A stretch of 64,000 nucleotides of DNA, from positions 1 to 64,000 of the forward strand of contig DF237088.1 in the NCBI GenBank assembly GCA_000708835.1. Direction: 5' to 3'. Both the position numbers and the translations under genes were made by a program. The notes under the pieces were generated by a model. The model was given only the letters and a program-made list of their open reading frames with translations. It was not told where the DNA came from and did not search any database. This document shows positions 50,786 to 63,865 of this stretch, one piece after another; the first letter of the stretch is position 1; each line of letters starts with the position of its first letter. The DNA comes from Klebsormidium nitens (taxonomy: Eukaryota; Plantae; Klebsormidiophyceae).

Positions 50786-51646
50786 GTGCACGTGTTGAGT
50801 TGACATAGTCAACAATTTTGTCACAGTTTGGGAGTTGAGTACAGTCGTAGCTCAACATAAAAGCCATGACAGGCGAGCTGTATAGCGAGTTGAAATTCGA
50901 AACTTTTGTAGCACGATCGAGTGCATCTGCAAGAGAAAGCTAGTGCATGGCGAAGGGTGTGCGCGCGCAGCTGGAATAAGATCATTCAACGGGCACCGTT
51001 GCATGCCAATGGACGCTGCATATCAACCTAGCTGTGCAACAGGTTTGCACATCAATTGGTCATAGTCGATGGCAAGGCTAGTGCATATGGCCGCAGTTCC
51101 TACACAGATACATTCCCCAGTACTCATTGTTGCCAGGATGGTCAATATGTACATAAGTTTGCCTGTCGGCATGCATGGATGGAAAAGATACAATTACATC
51201 TCTTGCCAATATCGAAAAATGCTTTGAGTAGCATCACATGTCTCGAATTCGCGACTTTATTCTGGATACCGTAATTTGATGCATGGGGCACCTGATGACA
51301 TCAATTTCCTCCGAACGCATGAGCAGTTACCGGATCTTCCTGGTAGCCACGCGAACTGAAGGCTAAAATCTGAGCTTACTGGGATCGATCTGTCATATGG
51401 CGCGGCTGTCCACACTATCGGAGGGGTTTGAGGATGCTATGAACATTCAGGACCGACTGAGGCCTGCAGCAGACGGCCATCGAACCGGACTACTAGTGGT
51501 AAAACGATCAGCGTACCCTATCTTGATCAGCGTGCGAGCGATGCCCTTGAATCTGTTGCCTCTACTTTGGCTTCAGTATATGACAGCGGGTTCGACCAGT
51601 TAACCAAATTCTGGAGGACAGCTTTGCCTAAGGAATCGGCTGGGAA

Positions 51647-54600
51647 TCATGAAGCCGTTTTAGGAGCCGATCGACATTCTCTTCGATGGCCGGTCGCCCA
51701 GTGCTTCGTCTGCATCAGACGTCATTGCGATTTCAAAGAAACTTTCCAGATCTATAAGGACTGGATGAAAGCTTTGATGCATGCAGTCCTGCTCTCGGAT
51801 GTGTCAAGTATGATAGATTTTCAACGGACGAGCTGTCTCTGCGGTCACAACATGGAGCATCTGAGAGTCGTTTATTCGGGGACAACTATGAGGAGGTGAG
51901 AAGCACACTACCTGACAAGATTTGGAGCAGTAACGCGCCACACCGCATCTGCCACACCTTTGGAAAGTCCCCTTGCTCTCTTCGACGAGCTTGTCTTCGC
52001 ACCCCTGTAGATGCAAATGACGAACATCAAGATTCGAGTAGACTCTGTTTGGAAGCCGCAGTCCTTACAGACAAGAAGGTGAAGGCCGCCAAGGCCGCCA
52101 GTAATGCAAAGCTAGCACGATATCGATTTCAGCTTACATAACACCCGACGTCAACTGCTTTAGGTGGTCCCTCAACTGCGTAAGGTGAAGCTGCAATAGC
52201 CTATTCCAGCAAGTTACCCGTTCCTTTCTCGTTACCCGTTCCTTTCTCAAAGAGCTTCCTACGTCGCCTTTCCGTGATGCTACTGGGGGATGCGTCAGCT
52301 TGCTTTCGAAGTCCGTTAGCGTCAGGTAAGCTTTCGGGATAGGCTGGAAAGGCTCGGGTCTCGTCGCCGTCATAATCTACAAACGTCGAAGGAATACGAC
52401 GGGTAGAGCCAGTCGAAAGACAAACAGAAAAAGAGCTCACCGGATTGCTGCAGGCCTTGAGTCCAAACTCGAGCGCCTGTACCTCCCAGAGACGCCGCAC
52501 CACTCTCTGCGTCGCTGGTACCCACTGCTGCTCCGCCGCCTTGTCGGGCAGCGCAGCCTGGAAAGTGAGAACGTCCCGGAGCACCTTGGCACATAGGGCG
52601 GGGCCGTTGGCCCGGGCGCTTCGGAGCAGGACCTGCCTGCGGAGCTTTGGCTCGGTGGCTGGGTCATCGAGCGTTTCTAGAAACGCGTCCAAGATCGAGG
52701 AAACGTTGCACATCGCTTCATTGAGGATTTCCTCCCCGGTTGTGCCGATGTAGTCCCTCAGCGGAGGTCCGTCGAAGGGCCCGAAAGCTCCGAAAGCTGC
52801 TATCATGGTGTCGCGCACTGAGTCGAGTGTCTGGATGACTATCTCGAGCTTTGGGAGGAGCGCTTTTTTGATGGGAGCAGCGAGGCAGCAGGCTTGCAAG
52901 ACGGACAAGACGCATCGAGGGATGCCGAAGAGAATGGAGTAGCTCTGCAGGACGTGTTGAAGCTTGTCAAGACCTAGGCTTAGAAGGCCCCGCTCGTAGA
53001 AAATTCGCCCGGCATTCTGCATACAGACCGCACCAATTCGTGGGGATTCCAAGGCGGGGTCCAGCGGCTCGCTTCCGGGGTGCCACAGACACTCGCTCGT
53101 GATCGTCACGCTGGAAGATCTGAAATAGCACGCAGAGCTTTTCAAGCTGGTGAGGTTGGCCCAGGCGATCGACGCCGTGTCGGAGAACGGGTCCAGCTTG
53201 ATGGCAGAGACGGCCAGGTCTACGTAGTGCATCTGCATCCGCTCTGGCAGCTTCCTCCGGTCCCAAATCTCCGTTTCCTTGAGCAAAGCTAAGACGGAGT
53301 TGTAGACATAGGACTCGAGCTTCTCGTCCAGCCCCACGAAGCCTGCGTTTCGGTCCAGAAGTTTCACAGCAGAGGTCCACTCCAAAAGTCCCACGGATGT
53401 TGTAAGGAACGGTCCTTGCAGAGATGGCTTCTTCCTTTTGTCTACCGTCAGGAACAAACTCCCAAGAACGTCGAGCGCACGTCGGACGATCGCGGATCTT
53501 TCGGCCGAAAGTTTCTTCTTCGCTCCAGCTTCCAAGCTGACTTTGGGGACAGTCAGGCCCAATGCTCTCAGAGTGACACTTGCTGCGCCTTCTGTGATCA
53601 ACGAAGCTGCTTGCTCGGCCGTGCACTTTCTGAGCTGCTTTGCCGCAAAATCTAGCAGACGTCCCGCTTGCTCCGCTCCTGAACGCGAAAGTTTCACGAA
53701 AATCTCACGAAGAAGCGCGGAGTCTGCTTGATGCGTTGGATCGGGGGTCTTACTCAAGTCCAGTTTCTCTGAGTCTCTTTGGAAGTACTCCGCCGCTTCC
53801 TTGAAGAGCTCCCTTTGATTCTTCATGACAGTCATGTGGCCTGGAGAGAACTCAGCAGTGTCGAAGTAGCGGAGAATCTTTGGTGGTCAGGATCTCGGAA
53901 AACACCTGGGAATTTCTCTCAATGCCTGGAAACGCTCTCAGGTCGTGCGTCACGATGGCTGCCAGCAGCCGAGCGTAAGTGTCTAAGAGCAACTCGAAGA
54001 ACTTAGCACGTCGACACTGAAGAGCTGGTTCTTCTGTTACTCTGTCACAGGTTTGGTCCATGAAGAGCAGGAAGTCTGAGGCCCACTCCCCAACATCGAC
54101 CGCCAAGTCCCTCAGGTTCTGCACGGAGTGCTCGGCATAGGCCCTGAAAATAAGGGCAGCTTGCTGTATGCTGAAGAAGAGAAAATATATGTTGTCCCCC
54201 CGCCAGTGGCACCACGCAGTATCCCATGTTCGATAAGAGATTGCAATGAACTGACGCAGGAGCCCGGCTTGCCGCGCAGCCTCGCGGAACTCTGCGCTGC
54301 TCTCGAGAAGACTGGCTGTGATGTTTGTGTAGTAGGTTTCCGGATGCTCCTTATCGAGGTCTAAATTCTGCGCTGCGCCTGTCTTTGGCTCTGACAGAAT
54401 CCTCTGCCCGAAGTGGAAGAGACGGGATGCGATGTCACAGCGCCCGATCTGCGAAACAGTTTGACTTGATGTTCGCAAGAATAGATGTCCTTTTCACGTT
54501 GCAACAAATGAGAGGTATCACCTGTGGAACTATTGTAGGAGATGCAAAAGCTTTGCAATCTCGATCTGTACGGTGATACCAGAGCTTTTCTACGTGACAG

Positions 54601-55797
54601 TTGAGCGAGTTGCAGAAAAACTACACACATATCGAACGGTTGCAACTCAAAGAGCTGCATAATCCGCATGAGAAGAAATTGTGGGGTCCTTCGAATCAGC
54701 TTGTCTTTTACGAATGTAGAAGTCTTTTTCCTACCTACAACGTTGTTTTTCAGATTGGTGCTTCAATATCGCCAAGAAGAATCTGAACTTTCAACCAGAA
54801 CGTCGATGTCCATAGACCGCTAAAAAGGCGATAACGTTTGGGAGAGAGTACGGAGGAGTTTACCTGCAGGGCAAACTCCGGGACGGTGCTCAGCTTTGCG
54901 ATGCATCTCACGCAAGAATCTGGCAGTTCGCCACTTGACGAGACGTTATCCATCTCATCTAGTAAGGCGGACAAAAGATTCTCATCTCTCAACATTTTCT
55001 CTACCTGCAAACATATAGAGACGGCTTTGTATAGAAAACCTGCGAAGAATTGTGAGAAAGAGGATCCACATACAGCTTTTGGAGAGTCTGAATTCAAGAT
55101 GAAATCAGAACTGATGGACTCTGACAGAAGCATCAAGCTGCCAAATTAGCTTTCAAAGGCACTAAAGTACGAAGACGTTAGACAGGGGAGCTCAGAGACA
55201 CAGATTGTCTTGGTGCTGTTGCAAAACCCGTCCGAGTAAGGTCTTGGGATCACGTTCAGAGGTCAAAATGTTAGTAGAAACGACTGGAAAATGAAGGGCA
55301 AAGGCAACCTCCTACTTACCGTCTTGAAGCTTTTGGACGGCTTCACTCTCATCTGGTTCTGCTCTTCTTTGGATATGGCGTCCTCAGAGGCACCAACTTT
55401 GCTGACCATGCGCACGAAGTCAGGCACAGCTTCGCAAGCCTTCTTTGCGCAGATCTTTGCAGGGTGCCTCAGGCCCTTCTTCAGATCCTGCAGCGAACAA
55501 AATTGCGGCATGCATTTCTGTGTAATATGCACATGAGCAGAAGTACGGCTTGCTTATCAGTTAAAGAAAGCCATCGAATCCAAATCTCAAATACGCCTGC
55601 CCCTTGAGCTGGCATGTCTGGCTACCGTATGTTGCATGAAAAGGCGTGAAGTTGACACGAGCTCGAGCGATATTGCTGAGAGGAGTTGACCCAAAATCTT
55701 GTTCAAACTCTCTTCTTTGCTCTGGGTTGAAGCTTTCAAGAGTCCGAACATTTTCTGTTCCGTTCTTCGAGCTTCTTACCTTTTCTTTCTTCGACAT
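51647..55797 (-). CDS. Large helical protein with C-terminal MYND zinc finger, about 875 aa, containing one frame break (possible pseudogene)
   Basis: Exons 55797-55597 (GC donor, tentative), 55487-55320, 55004-54864, 54403-52441, 52004-51912, 51709-51647. MYND motif CSNPGC...CGRCGVARYCSKSCQTKHWATGHRREC assembled across the last three exons. The big exon is 1963 nt (3n+1) and changes frame near 53880. Confidence 0.75.
52213..52248. repeat. 18-bp perfect tandem duplication in a MYND-gene intron
   Basis: gttacccgttcctttctc at 52213-52230 and 52231-52248. Confidence 0.9.
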
Positions 55798-57177
55798 CTT
55801 TGGCCAATCAGCAGGTTACTAGGTGGATCACCTTCTTTTCTTGTTCTGGTGCCGTGCAGCAGAACTTGACCGTTGAAAGGAGCATGCATCGCCTTCCTTC
55901 TGCCTCTGCTGTCGTTCCGCTTGTTTACAGTCGCCTTGAATAGTCCGCCAACATCTACTGTAGACTACTGGTTCCCACATCCTGAAGTCAGCAATTGAGA
56001 GCCGAGCGGTGTTGACAATGCCGTTGGACGGGGCCACTTGACGAGTCTGCGAAGCCTCTCGCACTGGCAGTGGATGTGCATGCGGGTTAAGTGAATCATC
56101 GAGAAACGCCTTGCACGTGAAAATCGCCTTATCGCTTCAGTCAGACGTTACTAGAAATCTTAACCTGGTGTCTTCGAACTGAAGCCGGGCCGGCGGCGGC
56201 AGGTAAGACAATACATCCTCATGAGCTTAAAAGACTCTTGATTTGGATCTTTGGTGGGTCTTCGGGACTGGTGAGCCTTCGGCTGCAGCGACGTTCGAGC
56301 GTGCCAGCCTTTCTCAATTGGGGGGTCCTGAGAAAACTCATTCACTTCTGCTTCTTGTCATTGCATGGCTAAGGCCAGTGCTACTGTTTATTATGTTGCT
56401 AAGGCTTAGTACTCCAAGCCTCTGACTTATCCATTGCATCGTGAGTTTTTCAGTCCGGTCGACGTACGACCGCTAGTTGAGCGAAATCCAATATGTTGTC
56501 GGCCCATGTTTCCACGTGTGTGAAACCTTAACCTTTTCAGATTGTAAAGCTTGATGTTTCGCTTGAGAACCCGAATCAGGTACTATGTAGTTTCACGCCG
56601 TTGTCTGTGAACGAATAAACATCCGACTGCGAATCAGTCAAGTCAAGTTGATTTGAAGTAGACGCACCATGATGCTCGAGCTGCATGGGCTGGCAGCACC
56701 TCTTGCCAATCAAGGCAAGCTGTCAGTAAAGTCGCTGCCCCTAAAACTATCAGCTCCGCGTAATGAAAGATGTATTGAGCCAATCAGTCACGAAGACTTG
56801 CTAAGTAAGCCTGTGACCTTTGGCTTTGGGGACAAGTCGGCTTTGTTCAACCATATTTGCAACATGAGTGACTAAGATCAGGCCATGTGCCATCATGCTC
56901 ATTTAAGACGCGGGTCAGATATGATTTTGCTCAAGTCATTAAAATCATTGTTCTCGACTCCTCTACCTCTTCGGCACCCATAAAAGGGCATTGAAATTTG
57001 TAAAGATCCCACCAGAAGATTTAAGTCCAATTAAGAAGCGAATCAATCAACAAGTCACTCTAGCCCGCTGGCTGAGAATGACACTCGAAGCACGGCTGTC
57101 ACTGCTCGTCGTTTGCAACAAGTTCACCAGTCACTACCCGCGTGCGCTGTCCCACTTCCCAGGCTAAAAGATCTCTT

Positions 57178-60100
57178 TTAACCGGCATCCGTCCGCTGAG
57201 GGCACCGTTTCCGATTGTGTCCCGGCTGGCCGCATATGCTGCACCTCTGAATGATCAGCTCCTTCGGACGCTCCGGACACTCGCGCACACGGTGGTCGGG
57301 GAGTCCGCAGATCTCACACAGCGTCCGGCCCGGGAACGCGGCACTGTTCGGACACTGCCCCGCTTCGTGCCCGTACTCCCCGCACTTTTTGCAGCGGAAC
57401 GGTATGCGCACCATGCCGCGCTTGGGACAAGAGCCGCCCCGCCCATGGCCCGGTTGCCCGCAGATCGGGCAGGGCTTGTTCGTGCTCTTCACAAAGCCTC
57501 GCTCCGGGCAGAACCGCGAATTGTGGCCTTCCAGGCCGCAGTAGCTGCAGTGCATCACCCGCTCTGAAAAGGAGAAGGGAGAAGTTCGGGGGAGTGGCAA
57601 TTGAAAAGAGTGGCCTTCGTCAGAACGGGATTCGGGTTCCGAAACGGAGTCATGATGAGCATTGCGCAGAGCAAAGAGGCCTCAAGCTTCATAGGGGTGT
57701 CAAAGGAGGAGAATGCAAGGAAGAGGGGGAATGAAGCGCAACTTAGAAAAAGCATCAGCTATAAATTCTTTTTTTCGGGAAGTCGAAGTAACACCTCGAT
57801 AGTAGACAATCGCGGTATCTAGGATCCAGATTGAAACATATACAAATGGGCTTTGTATCATCCGAAAAGCTTCTTTCCGGACAATCCTTTCGTTTCATCG
57901 TGTCCTTCTCTTGAGGAGGGGCGTCATCATGATGTAAGCAGAATCGGAAACGGCAAAACTTCCCAGATGAAAGAGACCGCTGGCTCTCTCTGTGATAACG
58001 GCTTGCCAGCTCTGGAGAAGTCTCCTCCAATCGTTCTTGCAATCTTACAAATCTTGCCGTTCAAAAGTAAAGAAGCTCTCCAATCTGAATACGCTTCTGT
58101 CGTCTGGACTTCGAGACAAGATCAGCATCTCCGCCAAACTTATCGAGCTAAGTTCCCGGTCCTCACTTCTCGGTGCCCAAAACTTCTTCGCAAGCTCCGA
58201 CCAGCGCTCCCTTGCGCCCGGCTCCTCGAAGAACTCCCGCCGTAGATCGGACAGCTTTTTCCTGCGTCCGAAAACATCCGTTAATAAGAGGAAGAGCCAC
58301 GACTGGCATGACTCACATCAATCCATGTCATTCCCGCACAGCAGAAAATCAACATAGGACCACCCCTAACTCCTACAAAAGTCGCGAATGAAATCAGCCG
58401 ACATTTCTATCAATCGGGGAAAAAGGTTAGTGTCGGCTTCTCGATGCTCTCACGGGAAGGCCGACGCGAAGAGTATGGACGCAACTCAATATCCAGCGGG
58501 TCTTCGGTCTTTGTTCATACGTCACTATATGTGACCAAGGCCCATCTGGGAACTCGTACAGCTTCAAGTGAAGAGCACATAGCAGCCCTTCAGTTTGCAA
58601 AGCCCTATTTCTTCTTAACGTGTATCTTGCGACATTGAAACGCACGGCTCACCTATGCGACGAAGTTAGCGGAGAGCGAGGCTTGCCCTGTACAGAAGAA
58701 GGAAATATATCATTTCTTGGTAAAAGGAAAACTCTCCGCGCAATTCAATGACTTCCGCTGGCAATGTTCTGATCGACTCCTAGAAGTTCAGCTCTGAAAA
58801 GATGAACAGCGAAGCGGAGAATTGCAGACACAAGAGGAGTTGGAGAAGCGAAGGGTTCAAGTTGAGTGGGCACACATCACGGGATGACTGTGCTAAGTTC
58901 CTGAAAACAACAATACGAGATGGCTACGCTAAGCTTCTGTAAACAACCGACAAAGACTACCTCTCAAAGAATTCAAGTGAACAAGTGAACATTGTCAAAT
59001 CCTCCAATAAGCACACACGCCGAGCGACTGTCTTCTTGATTTGTACCTGCATGGCCCGGCTGATCTTGGCACGGTGCTCCGGCGACTTGGGCCTTCCGAC
59101 GAGCCAGTGCGTCTTGGCAGGCGTGCCATTGGCTGCCGCGCGCCCGTTTGCACCGGACGAGGCCGACTGCATCCGCCTGCAATGAGCAACGCACACTGAG
59201 GCTGCAGCTACTCAACACGGAGGTTGACACGAATAGACAAAGGAAAGACGTGGAGTAACGTACCTTGCAGAGTTCTAAATGTCGTGCCCCTAGAACAGTG
59301 GCTGACTGACCTGTGGACGGTTCTGCTAAGGGTTTGATGGTTTGGATCCGCGTCGAGCAATCTTCTCAAAAAAACCGGTGTCCCCACGTCAATGGGATTC
59401 ATTAATGCCACGATCGAGGACAGGCGCGTCCAATGCTGAAGTAGAAGGCTGGATGACACCACGACTTGATACAGGTGCAAACAAGCGTCCTAACAGAACT
59501 GGAGCTCCCCTCTTAGACTCCCCCTCTTTCAATCAGAAAACCTTGACTCGCAATCGTGACGGCATTTTCAGGAGGCACTGCAAAGCGGCACAAACGGAAT
59601 ATATCTCGCTGATTCGGTGCTGATGTCAAACGGTAGATTCTTGAAAATCACAGCTATGCGGCAGACCCACTGATGACCACACCACGACCACCACCGGATG
59701 ATCAAAGAAAAGGAGTTCGTAAGCACTGCACCTTTCGTTCTTAATTATCCGGTATGCTTCCAGCAACGAAGGGCCCTCCTCCTCTAGTGGCTCGTTCACT
59801 GCGCTGGTGCTTTGTGCAGGGACTTTCGAAGGACTGCAAACGAGAAGCTAGGTTAGGGGTTCACCACGCTGGTACTCTGTGCAGGAACTCTTAAAGAATT
59901 GAAAACGCGAGGCTAGCCAAGGGGACAAATCGACTCACCACTTACTTCATCGTCCAAGAACACTCGAAGTGCAATGGTCGACCTGTTGTCTTCGAACTGA
60001 CAAAAAATCTAAGGTTTGCTGACCACGAATGTGCGATTTGGAATCGTTGAGATTGAATGAGGAAGAGAAAGGTTTCCTTCACCCTTTACGATAGCGGGGG

Positions 60101-61754
60101 GAGCTGTATCATGGACTGCCCCTAAGAAACGTGCGAGGCAACAAACGACCGGGCATAGAGCGTGAACTGATAGACATCATAAGAGCTACATGACCAAAAA
60201 CTCCCGCTGTCACTCACGCAGGTGTCTTCGGAGGCTGCGATCTCTTTGTTTGCCGATATGTTGTGCCACTTCCATGGCAGTGCGTACACGTCTTGTACCC
60301 CTGAGAGCGAAAGAAGCCACAGCACCATCATGAGCTCATCGAAGGGCAAATCAGGTTGATATCGACTAGACCTTCTCCCGTAAGCAAGACATCGCCTCGT
60401 CCTCTGGCTTACAAGTACCTGGCTCGAAAGAGTTGCCAATAGAAATTTGCCACATAGAACCAGATTGCACATATTTCAAAAATCTTTTGTATCTTTGGAC
60501 ACTTTTCCAATGCACTATCCGTCACGCATACTCAGGGGAAAAGTTGCTTACCACGCCTTTGCACGCTGGGCAAGCGCCTGGCGGCCAACCCGAGTCGCAC
60601 ACGTCACACACGAGAGTAGCAGTCCCATGGCATACCGGACACGGCTCCACCACCCATTCCGGGCCAGCCGCAAGAGTTGCGCTCGTGTCCGCCATCTCAG
60701 ATTCATCCGCCGTCTCATACCCTGCTAATAGTCCCGACAAAGGACTCCTCCGCAACCTGCCACCGCTCTTGCCGAATTGACCCCTTGGAAGCGGCCTAGC
60801 TATCGTACTCAAAGGACTGCTGCGCACTGGCATCTCTGCGTCCTCATTATCTATGCTACCCGCGATCACGTCCGGCTGGGGGTTTCTGGTGAAGCGCAGC
60901 TTTTGACGCCCCTTCCCCGGCTCGCTTTTACCAAAGATGGCATCAAGGGAAGTCCCAGGCGCACGGCTCTCAAGAGCAGAGCTCCTGCTGCTCGCAATGC
61001 CCTGTGTGTGCTCTGCCTCCCTAGTTGACCGCACGTCCCTCCATCTAGTTCCCTTGGTGGCAGTGTTGATCAATCTCGTCCCCCGTTCAAGCAGAGTGTG
61101 CCCCTCTGAAACCCCAGAGCCTTTTACCTCAAAATTATGGACATCATTTAAGTCCACTGTCGCCATTGGTGATTCATCTTTGTCAGCATCTAATATTGAG
61201 CTAGCCGCTCCATAAGAGCGATCGCTCCATGTGCGTCCCGAGCCTTCCTCACTTGCCCCTTTCTTTCCCGACCGGCCAACTTCCAATTTCTCCGCTGAGG
61301 GCTTCCGACCAGCCAATAGTCTTTCTTCAGGTTCTAGACCAGGAAATAGCTTTTCAACCTCAACAGATGGAGGCTTCTGCTTTGACCCGCCTGCCACCAC
61401 AACTCTCTCAGGTGTTGCCTTGGCATGGCAGGCGATTGATTGAAGCTGCTGATTCTTGGCGCATGTCAGCTGCCTCCGACCTCTGAGCTGCTTTCTGATC
61501 GTTTCTTGGCTCCTTAGTCTTGGCGTACAACCCTCTCTTCGAAAGGAAAGCAAATCTTGAGAGATATGTACAGCTACAGGAGTAGAGCATGAATAAGGAA
61601 ACCGCAGCTGCTCGAAGTGTGCAAAAGCGGAGCACGTGCTGGACCGATGCCTCCCAAAAGCACTACTTTGATGCACGCGACTTCTGGCGCCAGTCTCCAA
61701 CCACGCCCCTGTGGTGGTGCAAGCAGGGACACAAGCTGGACTCCTCAAAGCCAT
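57178..61754 (-). CDS. Putative plastid nucleic-acid-binding protein: DnaJ-type Zn finger + 2 NUMOD3-like motifs + 5 CCHC zinc knuckles, 6 exons, 643 aa
   Basis: Exons 61754-60552, 60300-60218, 59176-59047, 58687-58653, 58261-58167, 57563-57178 join with matching phases 0,2,0,2,1 (1932 nt). Ser/Arg/Ala-rich N-terminus; CPVCHGT...CDVC...CPACKGVGYKTCTHCHGSG; GRPKSPEHRAKISRAM and GKPRSPLTSSHRKKLS; five Cx2Cx4Hx4-5C knuckles. Confidence 0.8.
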
Positions 61755-62428
61755 GGCCCTCCTGAAATGCCAGCGAGCGCCTCACGTTCATGTAGAATCA
61801 AGTAACGCATCATGCCCCAGCATCATGCACAGCTCGTCCTTGTCCCCTGCAACGCTAGCACGTACCTAGTCTCTTAGCTGTGATTCTGAACTTGAGTCTC
61901 TGAGAACAAAGAAAAGATGTCCAGCTGATGGAGATAGCACAGGCTGAGAAAGGGCGAAATGGCATCTTTCTTGCTATCGAGGTTCTTCGTTCCGTGTGAA
62001 TCCTTTCAACATGAGGCACACGTGGCCGTGGGCTGAGCTGGTTGACCAATTGGAAGGGAGCAGCCGTGTATACGTGGCCTTCTATGTCACCAACTTGGAC
62101 GCATTTACACTTTTGAGTTCCTGATGATGACACCCAGCACTGCAGCAGAGCCAGCCTAGCTGAGCTACTGAGCCAACCTTCCTACAGTAGTATAAATTAT
62201 AATTCGAGGTCAGCTCAATTTTCAAAGCTCCAAGAGGTGCACTTGCCCACCATGTGTGTTGTCGCGCTGCCCTCTCCTCACTTGCATGCTGGAACTTGAG
62301 GATGTCTTTAGTATTATTAGTCGCTAGGGAGTAGTGCAGGTGCCAAGGTCCTCTGTGCTCTTTCATTCTGGATGGATTGTTCGAATTGCTTAGTGTAGTT
62401 GCGCGTACATAACAGTGGGCTTCTTGAA

Positions 62429-63865
62429 ATGGCTCTCTATAAGCACAGAAAAGAGGGCCTTGGAAGGTGAGTTGTTCCGCATTTTCTCAATGGTGACATC
62501 GTCAAACTATGATTTGTAGATCTTAAGTTGGAGAGAACTTGCATGTTCAAAAGTACATCCACTGCCACCCTAATTAGCGCTTAGGGACAAACACGTTGGG
62601 CCCCTTAAAGCTGAATGTTCAGACTTGGCGCCCCTGGGCTGGGAAGTAGCGCCAATCAGTCTGCTGTCTAGGGCGCTTTCTCATTCAATTCCAGCATTGA
62701 ATGCATCTGCAAGCGTCCGCTTTTGATTGTTATATCTTTCTGCATTGCATTTCATCTGTAAAACTCTCACTATTTGATCAAGGGGAATTTGCAAGCCACT
62801 TTGTCTTCAATTTCTGGCTGCTTCTGCAGGGGAACGGATAGCGAGCCGCTGTTTGGACCCTCCCCTTCTGAAACCGATCTGTTCCAGAAGCAGTTTGAGG
62901 ATCTGCTTCTGCAGCAAGAGGACGCCGAAGGACAGAACACTCAAAGACCATTTCTGTATCCTGACATACTTGCATTCTTCTTTGGGGTCGTCGTTCAAGT
63001 GTAGCACAAGTTACATTTTCCATGGTATTTTCTTAGCACTGATGCCTTTCTGTTTGTTCACATGTGCTGGATGATTCCTAGTGTCATCTTGAGTTCCAAT
63101 TGCTAATCGCCAAGCTTCCTTGACCAAAAAGCTTCCACAGCAATGAGCTGTTGGACATCACATCAACCATACAAGAGGGCGTCAGTGCTATCGCAGACGT
63201 AAGTCTCACCTCGAAGTTGGAAAGTATTGTCTGCAAACTGCTTGCCAGGTTTGTACGACGACGGAGTAAAATTGTGGGCAGTGGACATCCAATTTGGTGG
63301 CAGACAACTGTAATTGATGTCTAGTAGTGAATCCTTGCACAGTTTCGGTGAAACTTCCACTGATGCTTTTGCCGGGAGACACTACTCGGGAGCCAGCAAG
63401 TGTCGCCAGGAACTTGATGTGAAAACATGTTGGTAGACTACTAACTCTTATAGCGCTTGTGCGCTCCAGGACTCTTTCACGCGGTGTTTCAAGGAGAATC
63501 ATCCCGACCCATGGAACTGGAATATCTACTTGTTCCCAGTATGGTGCATGGGCGTCCTGCTGCGATACCTCATTCTCTTCCCCTTAAGGTAAGCTCGAGA
63601 CCATCTAGATGCCTCCTGAGTCCGAGTACTCATTCGTCAAGTATGCTGCACTTACACAGACTCCGCATTCCCTTGACATTGTTCTCCAATCTTACACTGT
63701 GACAGAAAGAAGGTCAATTTTTGGAATCGATTGCCCTCAAAACAGCAGCTTGCTGCCTGCAGGTTGATCCTCCTGGTCCTGGGCTGGGTTCTCTTCTTCC
63801 TCATCTTTCTGCCCGTGCACTTCTTCATCCCGGACAGCAAGTCGAAAATGAGAAAGAAGTTTGAG
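62429..63865 (+). CDS. GPAT9: Glycerol-3-phosphate acyltransferase 9, first 5 exons, continues beyond the window
   Basis: Exons 62429-62466, 62830-62955, 63141-63198, 63470-63588, 63763-63865. LLDITSTIQEGVSAIADDSFTRCFKENHPDPWNWNIYLFPVWCMGVLLRYLILFPLR matches the GPAT9 N-terminal signature. Confidence 0.93.

Noticed and set aside
57178-57600. Retrotransposon gag nucleocapsid
   Set aside because: No protease, RT, integrase or LTRs nearby; five knuckles form the terminal exon of a spliced gene.
16806-63865. Lipid-polymer gene cluster (CYP86-clan P450, GDPD, GPAT9)
   Set aside because: The genes are 9-27 kb apart with unrelated genes between them. GPAT9 is the ER glycerolipid/TAG enzyme, not the cutin-type GPAT4/6 class. 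Chance proximity is sufficient.
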